A stretch of 32,000 nt of DNA from Mesoplasma florum L1. GTDB lineage: Bacteria; Bacillota_I; Bacilli_A; Mycoplasmatales; Mycoplasmataceae. The notes under the pieces were generated by a model that worked only from the letters and a program-made list of their open reading frames with translations, was not told the origin of the DNA and made no database searches. How positions within the stretch are numbered: the stretch's first letter is position 1; every line of letters begins with the position of its first letter. The position numbers and the translations under genes are program-made. Positions 1 to 10,776 of this stretch are shown piece by piece. Where the stretch lies: positions 330,001 through 362,000 of the forward strand of contig NC_006055.1 in NCBI RefSeq assembly GCF_000008305.1. The letters are read 5' to 3'.

Positions 1-26
1 TTTTATAGTTTAAAAAAGGAGCTTAT

Positions 27-3000
27 ATGTCAGACAATAAGGTATTAGAATTATTTCAAAAATTGAAGATCAATTTAAATGAAGGCGAACTTTCATATTT
101 TGAACATTCTGAAATTGAAAAAGCTACAATAAGCTCTTTAAAATCAAAACTTAGATTGTCATTAAAAATTAAAAACTTTTTACCTATAAGAGTATTAAGT
201 GAAATTCATGAAAAATGTGTCGGATCAGAAGAAATAAAAATAAAACTAATTTTAAATGTGCAAAACCAAAGAATAGATAAAGAATTAATTTGTGAGTATA
301 TTGAATTTATTAAAAATTTTAAATCTCAAAATAAAACAATTATCTGAAACTTTATTGAAGCTGAAGGATTTGAATATGATGCAGATGAAAATTTAATTAA
401 ATTTGTTGTTGATTCTAATGAATTGAAAAACCAATTAACAACTGAATTGGAATATTGTTTAGCTAAATTAAAACAATTTGGTTTTAAAGAACTTAGTTAT
501 GATATTCAAGTTGAAGATAAAACAGAAGAATATATAAAACAATCTTTAATAATTGAACAACAAACTAAAGAACAATATAAACAATTTGCCCCTGAATCAA
601 CAGAAAAATCTCAAAATATGATTATTTCAAAACAAAAGTCACAGAAGTGAAATCAATCTTTAGATAATCCAAGTTATGATTCATTTGAAGACATTGAAGA
701 AGATGCACAAAATATTGTCTTACATGGTAAAATGATGAGCATTGATATAAGAGATTCTAAAGCAAATAATCGTAAAATATATTCAATTGGTTTAACAGAT
801 AATAATTCATCAATCAAATGTATATATTTTGGTAAAGAAGATGAAAGAACTATTATGGACCCTTTAACCGAAGAAGAAATATCATCAGATAGAATTGAAG
901 AAATTAAAAATAAGAGAATTGCTAAAGGTGATTGAATAGCTGTTAAAGGTAAAACATCTTATTCACAATTTGATAAAGAACAAAATTTTATTATTGAAAA
1001 GATAGGAAAAATATCTCGATCAGAAGCTATGGTTAAAGACGATTCAGAACAAAAACGTGTTGAATTGCATGTTCATACTAAAATGAGTGCTATGGATGGT
1101 GTTTCATCAATTCAAGAATATTTACAAATGGTTGATAAATGAAATTGAAAAGCAATCGCAATTACTGATCATATAAATGTTCAAACTTTCCCTGATGCAT
1201 ATAATGAATTAAAAAAAATTAATAAAAATAAAGCTGAAGAAGATAAACTAAAATTAATTTATGGTCTTGAAATGAATATGATTGAAAAAGAGGATTATTG
1301 AATTGTTAAAAATCCTAAAGGTCAAAAAATAAGAGAATCAAAAATGGTTGTATTCGACTTAGAAACAACTGGTTTATCACCTGAGTTTAATGAAATCATT
1401 GAATTTGGTGCTGTAGTTTTTGATCCTGTAACTGGGAAAACAACCAAATATGACTATTTATTTAAACCAAAACAACCTTTAAAACAATTTACAATAGATC
1501 TTACAAATATAACTCCTGAGATGTTAGAAGATAAGAAAAATATTGATGATGATTTTGATAAGATTTATGAATTAATTAAAGATAGTATTTTAGTTGCTCA
1601 TAATGCAAACTTTGACTTTAACTTTTTAAATAGCTTATCTAAAAGATTAGGATATGGTGATTTACAAAATACTGTTATTGATACATTAACACTTTCTAGA
1701 TTAGTTAGACCTGCTTTAAAATCTCATAGGTTAGGAGCAGTATGTAAAAAATTCGGTATTTTATACGATGAACATGTTGCTCACCGTGGAGATTATGATG
1801 CAGATGTTTTAAACGATTTATTCTTTAAAATAATAGCTGAATTAAAATTAACAACACCAATCATTTATGATGCTGACTTAATTAAGTTAGAACCTGAAAA
1901 TGATAAAGATAACATTAACTTATTAAGATCTCGTGGAGCTCATGTTAATGTATTAGCTAAAAATCAACAAGGGTTAAAAGACATATTTAAATTGGTTTCA
2001 ATTTCTCATACTGATAACTTTTTTAACTCTCCTAAAATATTTAAGGAAAAATTAAAAGAATTTAAAGAAAAAAATAATATTTTAATTGGAGCTGGTTGTG
2101 TAAACTCAGAAGTTTTTGAAACAGCTAGAATTGGAACAGATGAAAAACTAGAAGAAATCATTCCTTTTTATGACTATATAGAAATTCAACCATTAAGTGT
2201 TTATAAAAACTTAATTAATGATAATCAGTTAGAAGAACATGAACTAATAGATGTAATTAAAAAAATAATTAGGCTAGCTAAAAAATATAATGTAATGCTA
2301 GTAGCAACAAGTGATGCTCACTATACAAGACCTGAATTGAAAAAAATTCGTGATGTTTATATTAATGCAAAAGGACTTGGAGGAAGTAGACACCCATTAT
2401 TTAGTTTTAGAAATAAAAACAAATTAATTGACTACCCTGATCAATATTTAAGAACAACTAATGAAATGCTTAAAGAATTTGCTTGATTAAGTGAACCTGC
2501 TTTAGTGCAAGAAATGGTTATCACAAATACAAATAAAATAGCAGAAATGATTGATTCAAATATCATTGTTATCAAAGATGGTTTATTCACTCCAAACATT
2601 GAAAACGTAGATACTTTATTAAAAGATAAATGTTATGAAACAGCACATGCAATGTATGGTGATGTTTTACCTGAAATAGTTGAGTCACGTTTAGAAAAAG
2701 AATTAACATCAATTATTAAACATGGTTTTGCTGTTGTTTATTGAATTTCACATTTACTAGTTGAAAGATCTAACAATGATGGATATCTTGTTGGTTCAAG
2801 AGGAAGTGTTGGTTCTTCATTTGTAGCAACTGCTTCAAAGATTACTGAGGTTAATCCATTAAAAGCTCATTATAGATGTTTAAACTGTAAATATTCAGAT
2901 TTTAATACTCCAATTGAAATTAAATGTGGATATGATTTACCAGAACAAAATTGTCCAAAATGTAATGAAAAATTAATTGGTGATGGGCATGATATTCCAT

Positions 3001-4508
3001 TTGAAACATTCTTAGGATTTGATGGAGATAAAGTTCCAGATATTGATTTAAACTTTTCTGGAGAATACCAACCAATTGCTCATAACTTTACAAAAGAGAT
3101 GTTTGGTGAAAACAATGTATTTAGAGCCGGAACAATTTCAACAGTTGCTGAAAAAACTGCTTTTGGATACGTAAAAGCATTTTATGAAGAAACTGGTGTA
3201 TTAGAAGAAGATATGCCAAGAAAAATTGAAATTGAAAGACAAGCTAAGTTAGTTGAAGGAGTAAAAAGAACAACAGGACAACACCCTGGAGGAATTATTA
3301 TCTTACCTAAAGAATTTGAAATTGAAGATTTCTCTCCTGTTAACTTCCCAGCTGATGATGCATCAAGTTCTTGAAAAACAACTCACTTTGATTTCCACTC
3401 AATTCATGATAACTTATTAAAAATGGATATTCTAGGACACGTTGACCCAACTGCTTTAAGAATGCTTGGTGATCTAACTGGAGTTAATCCAATCAATATT
3501 CCAACAAATGATCCAAAAGTATATTCATTATTTAGTAATCTATCTGCTTTAAATATAAAACCAGAACAAATTAATGGAGAAACAACTGGAGCTATTGGTT
3601 TACCTGAGTTTGGAACAGGATTTGTTAGATCAATGTTAAGAGAAACAAAACCTAAAACATTTGCTGACTTAGTGCAAATTTCAGGACTATCACATGGTAC
3701 TGATGTTTGATTAGGAAATGCAAGAGATTTAATTAAAAACAATACAGCAAATATTTCAACTGTTATTGGTTGTCGTGATGATATTATGGTTTATTTAATG
3801 GGCCAAGGAATCGATGCTACTACTTCATTTAAAATAATGGAATCAGTACGTAAAGGACAAGGTTTAAGAAAAGAATGAAAAGAAATTATGCTAGCACATA
3901 ATGTTCCTGAATGATACATTGAATCTTGTTTAAAAATTAAGTATATGTTCCCTAAAGCTCATGCTACAGCGTATGTATTAATGGCTTATCGAATTGCTTG
4001 ATATAAAATTTATTATCCTGCAGAATACTATGCAACATTCTTAACTAATAGAGCCGATGCTTTTGATTTAAAAACATTCTTAGGTGGTTATAATGGAGTT
4101 AAAGAAAAACTAGCAGAATTAGAATTAAGAAAAAATAAAAAAGATAAAATGACTACAAAAGAATTAGCTTTAATGCCAGTTCTAGAAATAGGATTAGAAA
4201 TGTTTAGTCGTGGAATTAAAATGGCTAACTTAAACTTTGAAAAATCTTTAGCTGATAAATATATTATTGAAAAAGATGAATCAACTGGTGAAGCTACACT
4301 ATATCCTCCGTTCTTAGTAATTGATTCACTTGGAGATGCTGTGGCTGATTCAATTATTAAAGCTAGAAGTGAAAGACCATTAACTAGTGTTAAAGATCTA
4401 ACATCAAGAACAACAATTACTCAAACACAAATGAAAATATTTGAACAATTAAATGTATTAGATACTTTAGCACAAGATGAACAATTAGAATTTGACTTTT
4501 TTAACTAA
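27..4508 (+). CDS. polC: DNA polymerase III alpha subunit, Gram-positive PolC type (about 1493 aa, code 4)
   Basis: Eight track ORFs (27, 423, 732, 1344, 2505, 3099, 3423, 4149) share one frame and are separated only by TGA. PHP motif [12 protein letters not shown]; exonuclease motifs [32 protein letters not shown]; Zn-finger [26 protein letters not shown] at 16-21. Confidence 0.97.
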
Positions 4509-4530
4509 AAGATAGACTGAGAGAAAGAAT

Positions 4531-5160
4531 ATGAAAAATTTAGCAGAATTAATGACACAAAGAAGAAGTGCTCGTGATTTTGATGTTAATTATGAAATAC
4601 CTGAAGCTGATTTTAATGATATTATTCAAGCAATGAGAATGTCACCATCTTCATATGGTATTTTAGGACAAAGATTATTAGTAGTTAATCGAGGAGAAAT
4701 GCGTCAGAAATTAGTACCATTCTTTTACAATCAGTTAAACTATGTTAATGCATCAAAATTTATTATTGTATTGGGAGTAAATCATAAAGGATTGCAAGAA
4801 GTTACAAATCATTCATTAGATTTAAGATTTAAAGGAAACCCTGAAGGAAGAAGTACTTATGGGGCTAATATCAATAAAAACTTATTTGGTGGTAATTTAA
4901 GTGATCAACAATTGGATAACTATTCAAGTCAACAAACTTATATCACAACTGGAATAGCTACAGCGGTGGCTGCTAGTTTAAATGTTGATACTTGTATGAT
5001 TGGTGGATTTAATGCAAAAGGATTAGCTGAATTTTTAATTCAAGAAGGTTTAATGCATGATTATGAAACTCCATTCATTACAATGGCATTTGGTAAAAGC
5101 ACAAAAATAAGTGGTGAAAAACTTAGATCTGAATTAAAAGATTTTGTAAAAGAAATTTAA
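4531..5160 (+). CDS. nitroreductase-family NAD(P)H flavin oxidoreductase
   Basis: Intact 209-aa ORF. The N-terminal RRSARDFD motif and overall length are typical of the nitroreductase fold. Confidence 0.75.
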   Translation: MKNLAELMTQRRSARDFDVNYEIPEADFNDIIQAMRMSPSSYGILGQRLLVVNRGEMRQKLVPFFYNQLNYVNASKFIIVLGVNHKGLQEVTNHSLDLRFKGNPEGRSTYGANINKNLFGGNLSDQQLDNYSSQQTYITTGIATAVAASLNVDTCMIGGFNAKGLAEFLIQEGLMHDYETPFITMAFGKSTKISGEKLRSELKDFVKEI

Positions 5161-5193
5161 ATTAAAAACTATTTTTAGAAAAGGAAAATAAAA

Positions 5194-6312
5194 ATGCAGC
5201 GTAATTTAAAAAGAGTTTTATTAGTTGGAAATGGATTTGATTTAAGTATTGGTGTAAAGGAATTTGAAGTAAATAATCTAAATGATATTATTTTTTTGAA
5301 AAATAAAAGTACAAAAAATCAAATTCAAAATTTTTTTGAACAATCGATAATTGAAATTATTGATGAAGCTAATGATGAAGATTTAAAAAAACAAGAAACT
5401 GAAATAATTTATAAACTAAACTTATTTTTTTTAAATAATTACGATAAATTCAATTTTAATATGACCAATGGTAATGATAAAATAGGTTTAGAAAATTTTT
5501 CTCGTCCATTTTATGAATACTTATATGTTTACTCAAGATATTGTAAAGATCCTGTAAAAATAGACAAAAAATATGTTAAAAAAATTTGCAAAACTTTTTT
5601 TGAAAAAGTTCTACAAAATATATATCAAAATTACAATTTAAATAATCTTAATAATTTAACAAAACAAAGTATTAAATGAAGATTAGAAAAATATGATAAA
5701 ATTATTTCTTTTAATTATACAGATTTTGTGGATCAAATTTCAAATAGAAATGATATAAAGCATATTCATGGTAGTTTAAAAGAAAATAATATAATTATTG
5801 GCGGATTGGATGAAAAAGAAGATTCTGTTTTTATTGTAAATGAATTAAAAGATATATTAGTAGACAACAAAGAAAATATAATTGAAATAGATATATTTGG
5901 TTTTTCGTTTGATGAAGATCAATCTGTTTTTGAAACTATTTCAAATCTTAAAATGAAATGAAATGAGTTTACTAATGTTAAAATATTGGTTAATTACTTT
6001 TTTTATTCTAATGAAGAAAACAAAAATTTTCAAAAATTTTGAGATGATTTTGAAAGTTTTTTTGAAATGACTTCTGAGAAATATACTTATCAACAAAAAA
6101 TTAAACAAAAAAAGGAAATTTTTCACAATTTTTACAGAAATGAAAACTTCATTTATCATAGATTTAATAAACAAGGTATTTTTGATGGATATTGATTATA
6201 TGATAGTCCAATAAATCAAAATAATTATATTCAACGTTTTTATGATTACATATTTGATAGTGATGGTTTTTCTTTATACGTAATAAAAAGCGAAAAATGA
6301 CTTAATAAATAA
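5194..6312 (+). CDS. AbiH-like abortive-infection family protein (about 372 aa, code 4)
   Basis: ORFs 5194 and 5728 plus the downstream stretch are one frame joined by 5 TGA codons, with stop TAA at 6310-6312. N-terminal LLVGNGFDLSIG, central ISFNYTD...IKHIHGSL..IIIGG and later IDIFGFSFDEDQ match the AbiH (PF14253) motif layout as I recall it. Confidence 0.65.
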
Positions 6313-6321
6313 TTTTTTCTT

Positions 6322-6330
6322 TGCTATAAT
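6322..6330 (+). promoter_or_regulatory. extended -10 promoter element TGCTATAAT upstream of rimP
   Basis: Exact TGnTATAAT match about 70 nt upstream of the rimP GTG start. Confidence 0.45.
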
Positions 6331-6349
6331 ATAATTAACAATACGAAAC

Positions 6350-6380
6350 AGCAAGACTTAGTGGTCTTGCTTTCTTATTG
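6350..6380 (+). terminator. stem-loop plus T-rich tract (AbiH-like gene terminator and/or rimP-nusA leader attenuator)
   Basis: AGCAAGAC-ttagtg-GTCTTGCT, an 8-bp stem followed by TTCTTATTG. It lies between the -10 box and the rimP RBS. Confidence 0.5.
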
Positions 6381-6399
6381 ATTTGAAAGGAGATTTTAA

Positions 6400-6894
6400 G
6401 TGAAAAATTTTGCATCTATTAAAGATGAAATCCAAAAGATTGCTGAATCAATTTTGAAGGAATACAACTTGCAAATATATGAAATAAATAATTTCTTTGA
6501 TTTTGAAAGTGATGTTTTGCAAATCTTAGTTGAAGATATAACTGAACCAAACAAAGCTTTAGACTTTGACTCAATTATTTCAAGTAATGAAAAATTATCT
6601 GATGCTTTAGAAAACTTCCCAGGATTAAGTGAACCTTATATGTTAGAAGTAGCTAGTGCTGGAATTGAAAAACCAATCAGAAGTAAAGATGAATTAGTCA
6701 AAGCTGTTAACAGTTATATTCATGTTGAATTAAATCAAGAAAAAAACACAAGTAGTGAAATAGAAGGTATTTTATTAGATTTTGATGTAAATAAAGATAC
6801 ATTTAGAATCACCTACTTTTTAAAAGGTCAAAAGAAAAAAGTTGACTTTAAATATGAACAAGTAAAGTTTGCAAGATATGCAGTTAAATTTTAA
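6400..6894 (+). CDS. rimP: ribosome maturation factor RimP
   Basis: 164-aa ORF with GTG start and AAAGGAG RBS 7 nt upstream. It sits immediately upstream of nusA in the conserved rimP-nusA-infB order. Confidence 0.85.
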   Translation: MKNFASIKDEIQKIAESILKEYNLQIYEINNFFDFESDVLQILVEDITEPNKALDFDSIISSNEKLSDALENFPGLSEPYMLEVASAGIEKPIRSKDELVKAVNSYIHVELNQEKNTSSEIEGILLDFDVNKDTFRITYFLKGQKKKVDFKYEQVKFARYAVKF

Positions 6895-6903
6895 GGAGAA
6901 AAT

Positions 6904-8319
6904 ATGGTAAACGGAGCACAAATATTAGAAGCATTAGCTTCATTAGAAAGTGAAAAAAGCATTAGCAAAGAAGTTGCTATTGAAGGAATTAAAGAAGGAT
7001 TCCAAAAGGCTTATGAAAGATTTTTTGATACAGAAGCTGTAGTTAAAACTGAAATTAATGAACAAACAGGATCAATCAACTTGTTTCAAGAATTAATGGT
7101 AGTAGCAACAGATGATGAAATCGAAGATGATTGATTAGAAATTGTTTTAGAAGATGCTTTAAAAATCAATAAAGAAGCAAAAGTTGGAGATAAAGTATAC
7201 AAACCAATTGATTTTGATGAAGAATTCTCAAGAGTAGCTGTTGGACAAGTAAGACAAATCTTCCAACAAAAAATTAGAGCTACTGAAAGAGCTATGATTT
7301 ATGAAAAATTTATTCAATTAGAAGGTGAAATTGTTAGAGGTAAAATCGTTGGAATGAACGATCAAGGAACTTCATACATTTTAGATATTGATGGAGTACA
7401 TACTTCATTATGAAACCAAAAAACAATCAACAGAGAAGAATTTGTTGTTAACGAATTAGTTGATGTTTTATTAGAAGAAGTTGCTAGAGAAAATAAATAC
7501 TCACAATTAGTTGTTTCAAGAGTAGCACCTAAATTTTTAGCTAAATTAGTTGAAAAAGAAGTAAGTGAAGTTGCTCAAGGATTAGTTGAAGTAATGTCAG
7601 TTTCAAGAGAACCAGGTAAACGTGCAAAAATTGCTGTTTTATCACATGATGAAGATGTAGAACCAATTGGAGCTATTGTTGGAGTTAAAGGTTCAAGAAT
7701 CAATAACATTTCAAAAGAATTAAGAGGAGAAAAAATTGATGTTGTTAAATGAGATGATGAAATCATTCCATTTATTATTAACGCAATGGCACCTGTTAAG
7801 GTTATTTCTGTAAATGAAGTTGAAGGTGAATTTGATATAGTAGTTCCTAATCAACAATTATCATTAGCTATTGGTAAAGGTGGAATGGCTGCTAAATTAG
7901 TTGCTAACTTATTAAAACGTCGTATTAACATTTACAGCTTAGAAAATGCTATTACTGACAACATGGATGTTTTATGAAATGGAAACATTACAGAAGAAGA
8001 AGTAAACAACCCAGACTTTATTAACGAAGTAAACAAACGTAAAATCAACTCTCAAACAGTTAAACCAGAATACCACAAAAATTCATTTAGAAATGCACAA
8101 GCAAATAATGAAGAAGAATTAATGAGTTTCCAAGCTGAAGTTGAGGAAGAATACAACCAAGTTGAAGAATTAATTGAAGAAACAAATGCAGTTGTTCAAG
8201 AAAATAAAGATTTAGAGTCAATTCAATCTGAACTAGAATCATTTAATGATATTTTAAATGATGAAGATGAAGAAGATTTTGAAGAAGACGAATACGAAGA
8301 TTTATATGATCAAGAATAA
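6904..8319 (+). CDS. nusA: transcription termination/antitermination factor NusA with acidic C-terminal tail (about 471 aa)
   Basis: ORFs 6904, 7786 and 8122 are in the same frame, joined by TGA. Has an S1-like region, the KH motif IGKGGMAAKL, and a tail of EEDFEEDEYEDLYDQE. Confidence 0.95.
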
Positions 8320-8569
8320 TCTAAGAAAAGATGTCGTTAGTAAAGAAATGTTAGATAAATCAGCATTAATTAGAGTTGTTTTAAATAAAAACAATGAAAT
8401 TTTTATTGATTTAACTTATAAAGCAGATGGACGTGGAGTTTATGTTAAAAATGACTTAAACTCAGTTAAAATCGCTAAACAAAAAAACCTTTTAAGCAGA
8501 GGATTAAAAACAAAAGTTGATTTAAGTATTTATGATGAATTAGAAAAGTTATTTAATGAACAAAACTAA
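8306..8569 (+). CDS. ylxR: YlxR/DUF448 RNA-binding protein
   Basis: Sequence RKDVVSKEMLDKSALIRVV...ADGRGVYV is typical of YlxR. The ATG at 8306 overlaps the nusA end; the track ORF start at 8258 would read through the nusA tail and is less likely. Confidence 0.8.
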   Translation: MIKNNLRKDVVSKEMLDKSALIRVVLNKNNEIFIDLTYKADGRGVYVKNDLNSVKIAKQKNLLSRGLKTKVDLSIYDELEKLFNEQN

Positions 8570-8855
8570 ATTATTAAATGCTATTGGATTAGCTTATAAC
8601 TCTGCTAAATTAATTAAAGGTGAAAAATTATTAGATTCAATTAAAAGAAACAAAGTAAAATTTGTTATCTTATCAACAGATATGGGTGCTAGTCAAAAAA
8701 AGAAATTCAGTGATAAATGTAAATTTTATAATATTGAATTTATTGATGATGTATTAACTGTTGATGAAATTTCACAAGCGTGTGGATCTACCACAATTGT
8801 AGCGATTGGTGTTAATGATATTAATATTATTAAATTAATTAAAAACAATTTATAG
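8556..8855 (+). CDS. ylxQ: L7Ae-family ribosome-associated protein YlxQ
   Basis: 99-aa ORF in the conserved position between ylxR and infB. Contains the L7Ae-like segment KLIKGEKLLDSIKRNKVKFVILSTD. Confidence 0.8.
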   Translation: MNKTKLLNAIGLAYNSAKLIKGEKLLDSIKRNKVKFVILSTDMGASQKKKFSDKCKFYNIEFIDDVLTVDEISQACGSTTIVAIGVNDINIIKLIKNNL

Positions 8856-8873
8856 AAGAAAGGGGATTTTTAC

Positions 8874-10763
8874 ATGGCTAAAAATATAAAAACAAATAAA
8901 AAACCACAACAAGTAAACAAAAAAGAAATGTCTAAACAACATGCTAAACAAATTAAACAACAATTAAATGAAACAGTTGCAACTGGAATCATTGATGGGG
9001 TGTTTGTTTATACTGAAGCTTTAAGCATTGCTGATTTTGCTAACCAAATTGGGAAAAGTGTTGCTGAAATACTTAAATATTTCTTTGCACAAGGACTAAT
9101 GTTAAATCAAAATGTTGTGTTATCAGAAGAACAAATGGCTGAACTTGCTTTAGAGTTTGGTTTTGACTTTAGAAAAGAAGAATCTTTAACTAAAGAAAAC
9201 TTCTTTGAAGCATTAGATGCTAGTGAAGAAGATAAACCAGAAGATTTAGAACATAGAGCACCAATTGTAACAATTATGGGTCACGTTGACCATGGTAAAA
9301 CTACTTTATTAGACTCTATCAAAAACACTAATGTTGTTGGTGGAGAAGCTGGGGGAATTACTCAAGCAATTGGAGCTTACCAAGTTAAAAACAAAGATGG
9401 TAAAAAAATAACATTTATTGATACTCCAGGTCACGAGGCATTTTCAGAAATGCGTAGTCGTGGGGCAAATGTAACTGATATTGTTATTTTAATTGTTGCT
9501 GCTGATGATGGGGTTATGCCTCAAACAGAAGAAGCAATTGATCATGCTAAATTAGCAAATGTACCAATTATTGTATTTATTAATAAATGTGATAAACCAG
9601 GAGCAGATCCTGAACGTGTTAAAGCTGAATTAATGAAATATGAAATAGTAGCTGAAGAATATGGTGGAGATATTCCATTTGTTCAAGGTAGTGCTAAACA
9701 AAAGATTGGTTTAGACCAATTAGAAGAAACTATTTTATTAATTGCTGAAATGCAAGATTATAAAGCAAATCCAAATAAATTAGCTAAAGGGGTTGTTATT
9801 GAAGCTCACTTAGATAAAGCAAAAGGACCAGTTGCTTCTATTCTTGTTAAAGAAGGTACTTTAGATATTAGAGATATGATTATCGCTGGAACTACATATG
9901 GAAATATTAAACATATGGAAGACGAAACTAATAAAAAAGTATTAAAAGCAGGACCAAGTAAACCAGTTGTTGTTTATGGATTAAATGAAGTTCCAAGTGC
10001 TGGAGATAAATTCATTGTTATGAATGATGAAAAAATGGCTAGAACTATTGCTGAAGCACAAGCTGAAAAGAAATTAGCAGCTGAACGTCAATCAAACCAA
10101 ATCTTTAGTTTAGATTCAATTAAAAAACATATTGATGATGGTGAGTTAAAAGCAATTAACTTAATTGTTAAAGCTGATACTCAAGGTTCAGTTGAAGCAC
10201 TTAAAGGAAGTTTAACTAAAATTGACATACCTGGTGTTAAATTAAATATTATTAGAGCATCTGTTGGAACTATTACATTAAGTGATGTTACTTTAGCTTC
10301 AACTGTAACTGATGGAATTGTATTAATCTATGGATTTAATGTAAGACCAGATGCAGTTGTACGTAAAAAAGCTGAAGAAGAAGGTATTGAAATTCGTTTA
10401 CATAATATTATTTATAAAGTAATTGAAGAATTAGAAGATGCAGCTAAAGGGATGTTAGATCCAGAATACAAAGAAGTAGTTACTGGATCAGCTGAAATTA
10501 GAGCAACATTCAAACACTCTGACATCGGAACAATTGGTGGGTTCCATATTACTGATGGAAGCATTGAACGTAAATCTAAAGTTCGCATTATTAGAAATGG
10601 TATTGTTATTTATACTGGAGAATTAGCAACTTTAAAACATTTAAAAGATGATATTAAAGAAGCTAAAATCAACTCAGAAGGTGGATTAACAATCAAAAAC
10701 TTTAATGATATCAAAGAAGGCGATATTGTTGAAGGATATAAGGAAGAAGAAGTTAAGAAATAG
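8874..10763 (+). CDS. infB: translation initiation factor IF-2
   Basis: Intact 629-aa ORF with GTPase motifs GHVDHGKTT, DTPGH and NKCD. Confidence 0.97.
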   Translation: MAKNIKTNKKPQQVNKKEMSKQHAKQIKQQLNETVATGIIDGVFVYTEALSIADFANQIGKSVAEILKYFFAQGLMLNQNVVLSEEQMAELALEFGFDFRKEESLTKENFFEALDASEEDKPEDLEHRAPIVTIMGHVDHGKTTLLDSIKNTNVVGGEAGGITQAIGAYQVKNKDGKKITFIDTPGHEAFSEMRSRGANVTDIVILIVAADDGVMPQTEEAIDHAKLANVPIIVFINKCDKPGADPERVKAELMKYEIVAEEYGGDIPFVQGSAKQKIGLDQLEETILLIAEMQDYKANPNKLAKGVVIEAHLDKAKGPVASILVKEGTLDIRDMIIAGTTYGNIKHMEDETNKKVLKAGPSKPVVVYGLNEVPSAGDKFIVMNDEKMARTIAEAQAEKKLAAERQSNQIFSLDSIKKHIDDGELKAINLIVKADTQGSVEALKGSLTKIDIPGVKLNIIRASVGTITLSDVTLASTVTDGIVLIYGFNVRPDAVVRKKAEEEGIEIRLHNIIYKVIEELEDAAKGMLDPEYKEVVTGSAEIRATFKHSDIGTIGGFHITDGSIERKSKVRIIRNGIVIYTGELATLKHLKDDIKEAKINSEGGLTIKNFNDIKEGDIVEGYKEEEVKK

Positions 10764-10776
10764 GGGAATTTAGCAT

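Noticed and set aside
3404-3742. 112-aa minus-strand ORF inside polC, plus similar antisense ORFs at 5941-6174, 7575-7766, 11625-11879, 13751-13972, 16401-16661, 16845-17249, 18301-18507, 19016-19201, 19700-19921, 26473-26694, 28723-29001 and 29293-29712
   Set aside because: All lie fully antisense to well-supported or continuous code-4 CDSs. They have low-complexity or hydrophobic composition typical of shadow ORFs in AT-rich DNA, and I saw no RBS or recognisable motifs.
27-4508. Possible pseudogenisation of polC, nusA, parE, parC, the methyltransferases and others, because they are split into many ORFs
   Set aside because: All pieces of each gene share one frame and are separated only by TGA, with conserved motifs on both sides. 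This is a code-4 reading, not gene decay.
8258-8305. Upstream start for ylxR giving an MMKMKKILKK... extension
   Set aside because: The extension is simply the nusA acidic-tail coding region read in another frame. The ATG at 8306 gives a typical YlxR length.
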